Below, piece after piece: positions 61,065-64,000 of a DNA stretch of 64,000 nt. The notes beneath the pieces are model-generated. The model ran no database searches. It was not told the DNA's origin and worked only from the letters and a program-made list of their open reading frames with translations. The DNA comes from Gonapodya sp. JEL0774 (Eukaryota), in NCBI GenBank assembly GCA_027604505.1, contig JADIIX010000054.1:1-64000 (forward strand), given 5' to 3'. The stretch's first letter is position 1; the number at the start of each line of letters is the position of its first letter. Position numbers and translations under genes: made by a program.

Positions 61065-64000
61065 ATGCACGTCAACCTTGTCAAATCGAACAAACACAAA
61101 AATGAAACGCGGCAGACGCTGCAACGCGATCTTAATGTACTGGCAGATTCCCAACTCAAGGACAGGTCAGCCAAGAGACGGGCACTCGACAAGATCCGAA
61201 AGGAAACCGTGGACAGAGCGCCTTCCTCCTCTGCCTCGAAATCCAACTCGTCCATGCAAAGTTTACCCTCTCTACCGTCGAAAACCGCTGCGGTGCAAGG
61301 TTCGGGCCCCGCCACATCTCTGGAGCCAGTCGCGTTTGAGATGCTCTTCACCGAGCTGGCGCCTGGGATCGTGAGATGCTTCGCTGATTCAACTGAGAGG
61401 ACTAGGGAAGCGGCAATAGCACTGGTGGGAAGGTGAATCCACAGGATGGTGATACAGCGAAGCTTCACCCGGAAGGTCTCATTGGCTTCTTTCGAAACCA
61501 GTTTCCTCCCCCTCCTCACTCAACTTCCTCGTCATCTCCCTCTTCTTTTGCCTACCATATCTGTCCGCCTTGGCTGTTCCTCTTTTAACACTGGATCATC
61601 CCAACCATCTGCTGCTTCACAAACGAACGAGCCCTCGGAGGAAGTTCGTCTCTCCCTCGTTCGACTCGTTGCGAGCATCGTCGGAAAGATCAGCGCCAAG
61701 GACAATGAAAATGAGACCGACGAGGATGCGCCCGGGGTTGGGCCGTACGTGGACGAAGTGGTCGCGGTGATCACTGCCGGATTGGCGGATACTTTTCCTG
61801 AGGTGAAGAAGGTGAGTAGAGAAGATTTGGAGAGTGCAGAGTCCCTGGAAAGGTTTCCGCCATGTTCTCGTCCCTCAATTAATGATACGCATGCTTGTCT
61901 TGCGTTTGACATGACAGGAATCGAGCAAGCTGTTGTCCAACATCTGCTCCCTCCACCGGGCTGGCCGTCGCCTCAGACCCCACATCCCCGAGCTCACTAA
62001 GCAGGTTATCCCTCTTCTTGGATACCGCCATGCGACAGTCAGAGCGGCAGGAGTGCAGGTGAGGCAGTTGCGAGCTTGGTTGCTCTTAGTCATCTTGTCC
62101 CTCTGCGCACACATCTTCCGCACTTCGTATCCGTATTTTCTCAAAACTCAGGCTCTCCGGTCATTAATGATTCACGACGCTGTACCTCTTACGGACTCGG
62201 ATCTGTCCCTCTCGGACCACCTCCGTCGCCTCGCTCTCGACCCTTCCCCACAAGTCCGCGAGTCGCTCTACCGTACCTGTGGGTCCTGGCTCCTTGAACT
62301 TCCCGACAGATACTCTGTGGGGTGGCGGTTTCTATCAATCGTGGTGGGCGGTTGTGCCGACCAGGCAGTGAATTTGGCGACAGCTTGTCGAGGGTACTTG
62401 AGGGAGGCGGGGTTGTTGTACGAGAAGGAGTGGCCTGACAGGGTTAAAGACCAACTGGACTACGAGAGGGTGGATGCATGTGAGCATGTTATTGCGGGTA
62501 TTGAGAGCTTAACATACTCTGACGCGAACATACACTGTAGCCCGTCCTGGAATCGGTCTTCGCCACCTCGCTCGTGATAACGCTCAAAAGACTGTTGCAA
62601 CGTTGGTTGAAGGTCTCCGCTCGTGGCAACCTGAAGCACGTGTGCGGGATGCGCGCGCGATGTGGGTGTTCCTCGATCTTTTGGAAGAGAACGCTACAGG
62701 GTACGTGCATGAGATTGTGAAAGCTTCTGTTGCGACTGTAGCAGAGGAAGGAAACCCGACTGTGGTGGATGAGGTGGGATAGCTATGCGCTCACTGTTGT
62801 ACCGGAGGCGCATTCACTGATCCCATTATTCAAGGTGCTCCGCTCTTCTCGCTTGCTTGGATTGCACGTGAATCCGTCAACTCTAGTAGCCATTTTATTG
62901 CCGTATCTTGACCCGGCCATACCTTCTTCTTCATCCACTCGCCGAGGTGCACTGCGTGTTCTCGCCGCTGTGGCGTCAGGAACGCCTACCGACAAACTCA
63001 AATGTCACCATAACGCACTTGCTGCTGCCTTAAGCAACAGCGAGTGTGCTGGTAATGAAAACCCAGTCACCCTTTGGCGAGTGGCGGAATGTGTTGGAGC
63101 TTGCTGTGGGTCAAGCACGATTTCCATGGCAGGAAGACCTGAACACACACAAGGCGAGCTGAACACTCTGCTTAATGAAGAAGAAGCAAGCGTGTATTAC
63201 GGAGCTCTTGCGAGGGTCGCTGCGGTATCAGGGGGCATGGATGAGCGAGTGCTCGGAGTCCCAGAGGCAAAAAGGGAGGTTAGTACCATCACCGAGTCAC
63301 GTCCGATCCATTTTCAACAATCGCAGTCACATGTGCGCGGTTTCTAGGCCTTGCAGGCGCTATCCCGCCTTGCCGTTGCCACGGGCCTCGGCGATTGCAA
63401 TGAACTCCACTGCCGTTTCCTCCCGCATATCCTTTCCTCTCTGGTTGGTACCACACAAAGGTGGACACGACACTCTAGTGAGCCTAGTGTTGCGAGGTAC
63501 GCTTTGTTGAACGCCGGCGATGCAGTTGGGGAATTGGAGTCCCTGAACAAGGTTTTGGAAATGGTCGAAATTGGTTCCAAAGAGGAGAAGGAGTATGAAG
63601 TGAGAGAAAAGTGAGCGTGGTGGAAGTAACAGTTTTCTCGACCTTTCAACTTAAGACACACACCGGATCATCCACCAGCGTACTCACCACGCTTCATGCA
63701 CTGTTGTCTAAGGAAGGCAATCCACTTGATTCTCGAATGCTGTTGCCGACCAAAACGGGCTTTATACTTAATCAAATTCTTCTACCGAATTCTGTCTGGC
63801 GCCCCGGCAAAAACGCTCGTATACTCCGGCGATTGACCATGCAGGTCATGCTCGCATGGATCAAAGCACCTTGTAAGGTTACACACCTAGAGCATCTCGA
63901 AGAACAGTCTCGTAGAGAGCAAGACACGACCGTTGTCGGGTCGTTGTCGCTGCCTGTGATTCAAGAGCACCTGGCACAGTTGGTAACTGCGATCAACAAC
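61065..64000 (+). CDS. DNAAF5: Dynein axonemal assembly factor 5 (HEATR2), partial, runs off the window
   Basis: LQRDLNVLAD...RSAKRRALDKIRKE, VRCFADSTERTRE, EPSEEVRLSLVRLV, GLADTFPEVKK, HATVRAAG, LALDPSPQVR...GSWLLELPDRYS; multiple GT-AG introns. Confidence 0.88.

Overview
Eukaryotic, intron-rich genomic DNA (short GT-AG introns, gene-dense), most consistent with a flagellated early-diverging (chytrid-like) fungus. It pairs fungal-type genes with flagellar/centriolar genes. About 15 spliced genes can be reconstructed by hand: acetyl-CoA synthetase, an extended-SDR/3beta-HSD-like protein, a large S/P-rich protein with C-terminal ASH/Ig-like domains, a ~13 kb giant coiled-coil gene, PEX11, an exportin-6-like karyopherin, a synaptobrevin, a C2HC zinc-finger protein, a protein with two tandem SAS-6-like head domains, a bacterial-type PARG (DUF2263/TIGR02452), a Utp16-like nucleolar protein, an NB-ARC-TPR NLR, STEEP1/CXorf56, a LARP7-like protein, a conserved two-repeat hypothetical and a partial DNAAF5/HEATR2. 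Best candidates for novelty: (1) the NLR has a short spliced first exon, not joined to it in the ORF track, that encodes a HET-s-like amyloid signalling motif, together with a hypervariable, recombining 126-bp TPR array; (2) the tandem SAS-6-like head-domain protein; (3) a 6-copy ~38-aa repeat in the giant coiled-coil. All family calls come from motif recognition by eye; no searches were run.
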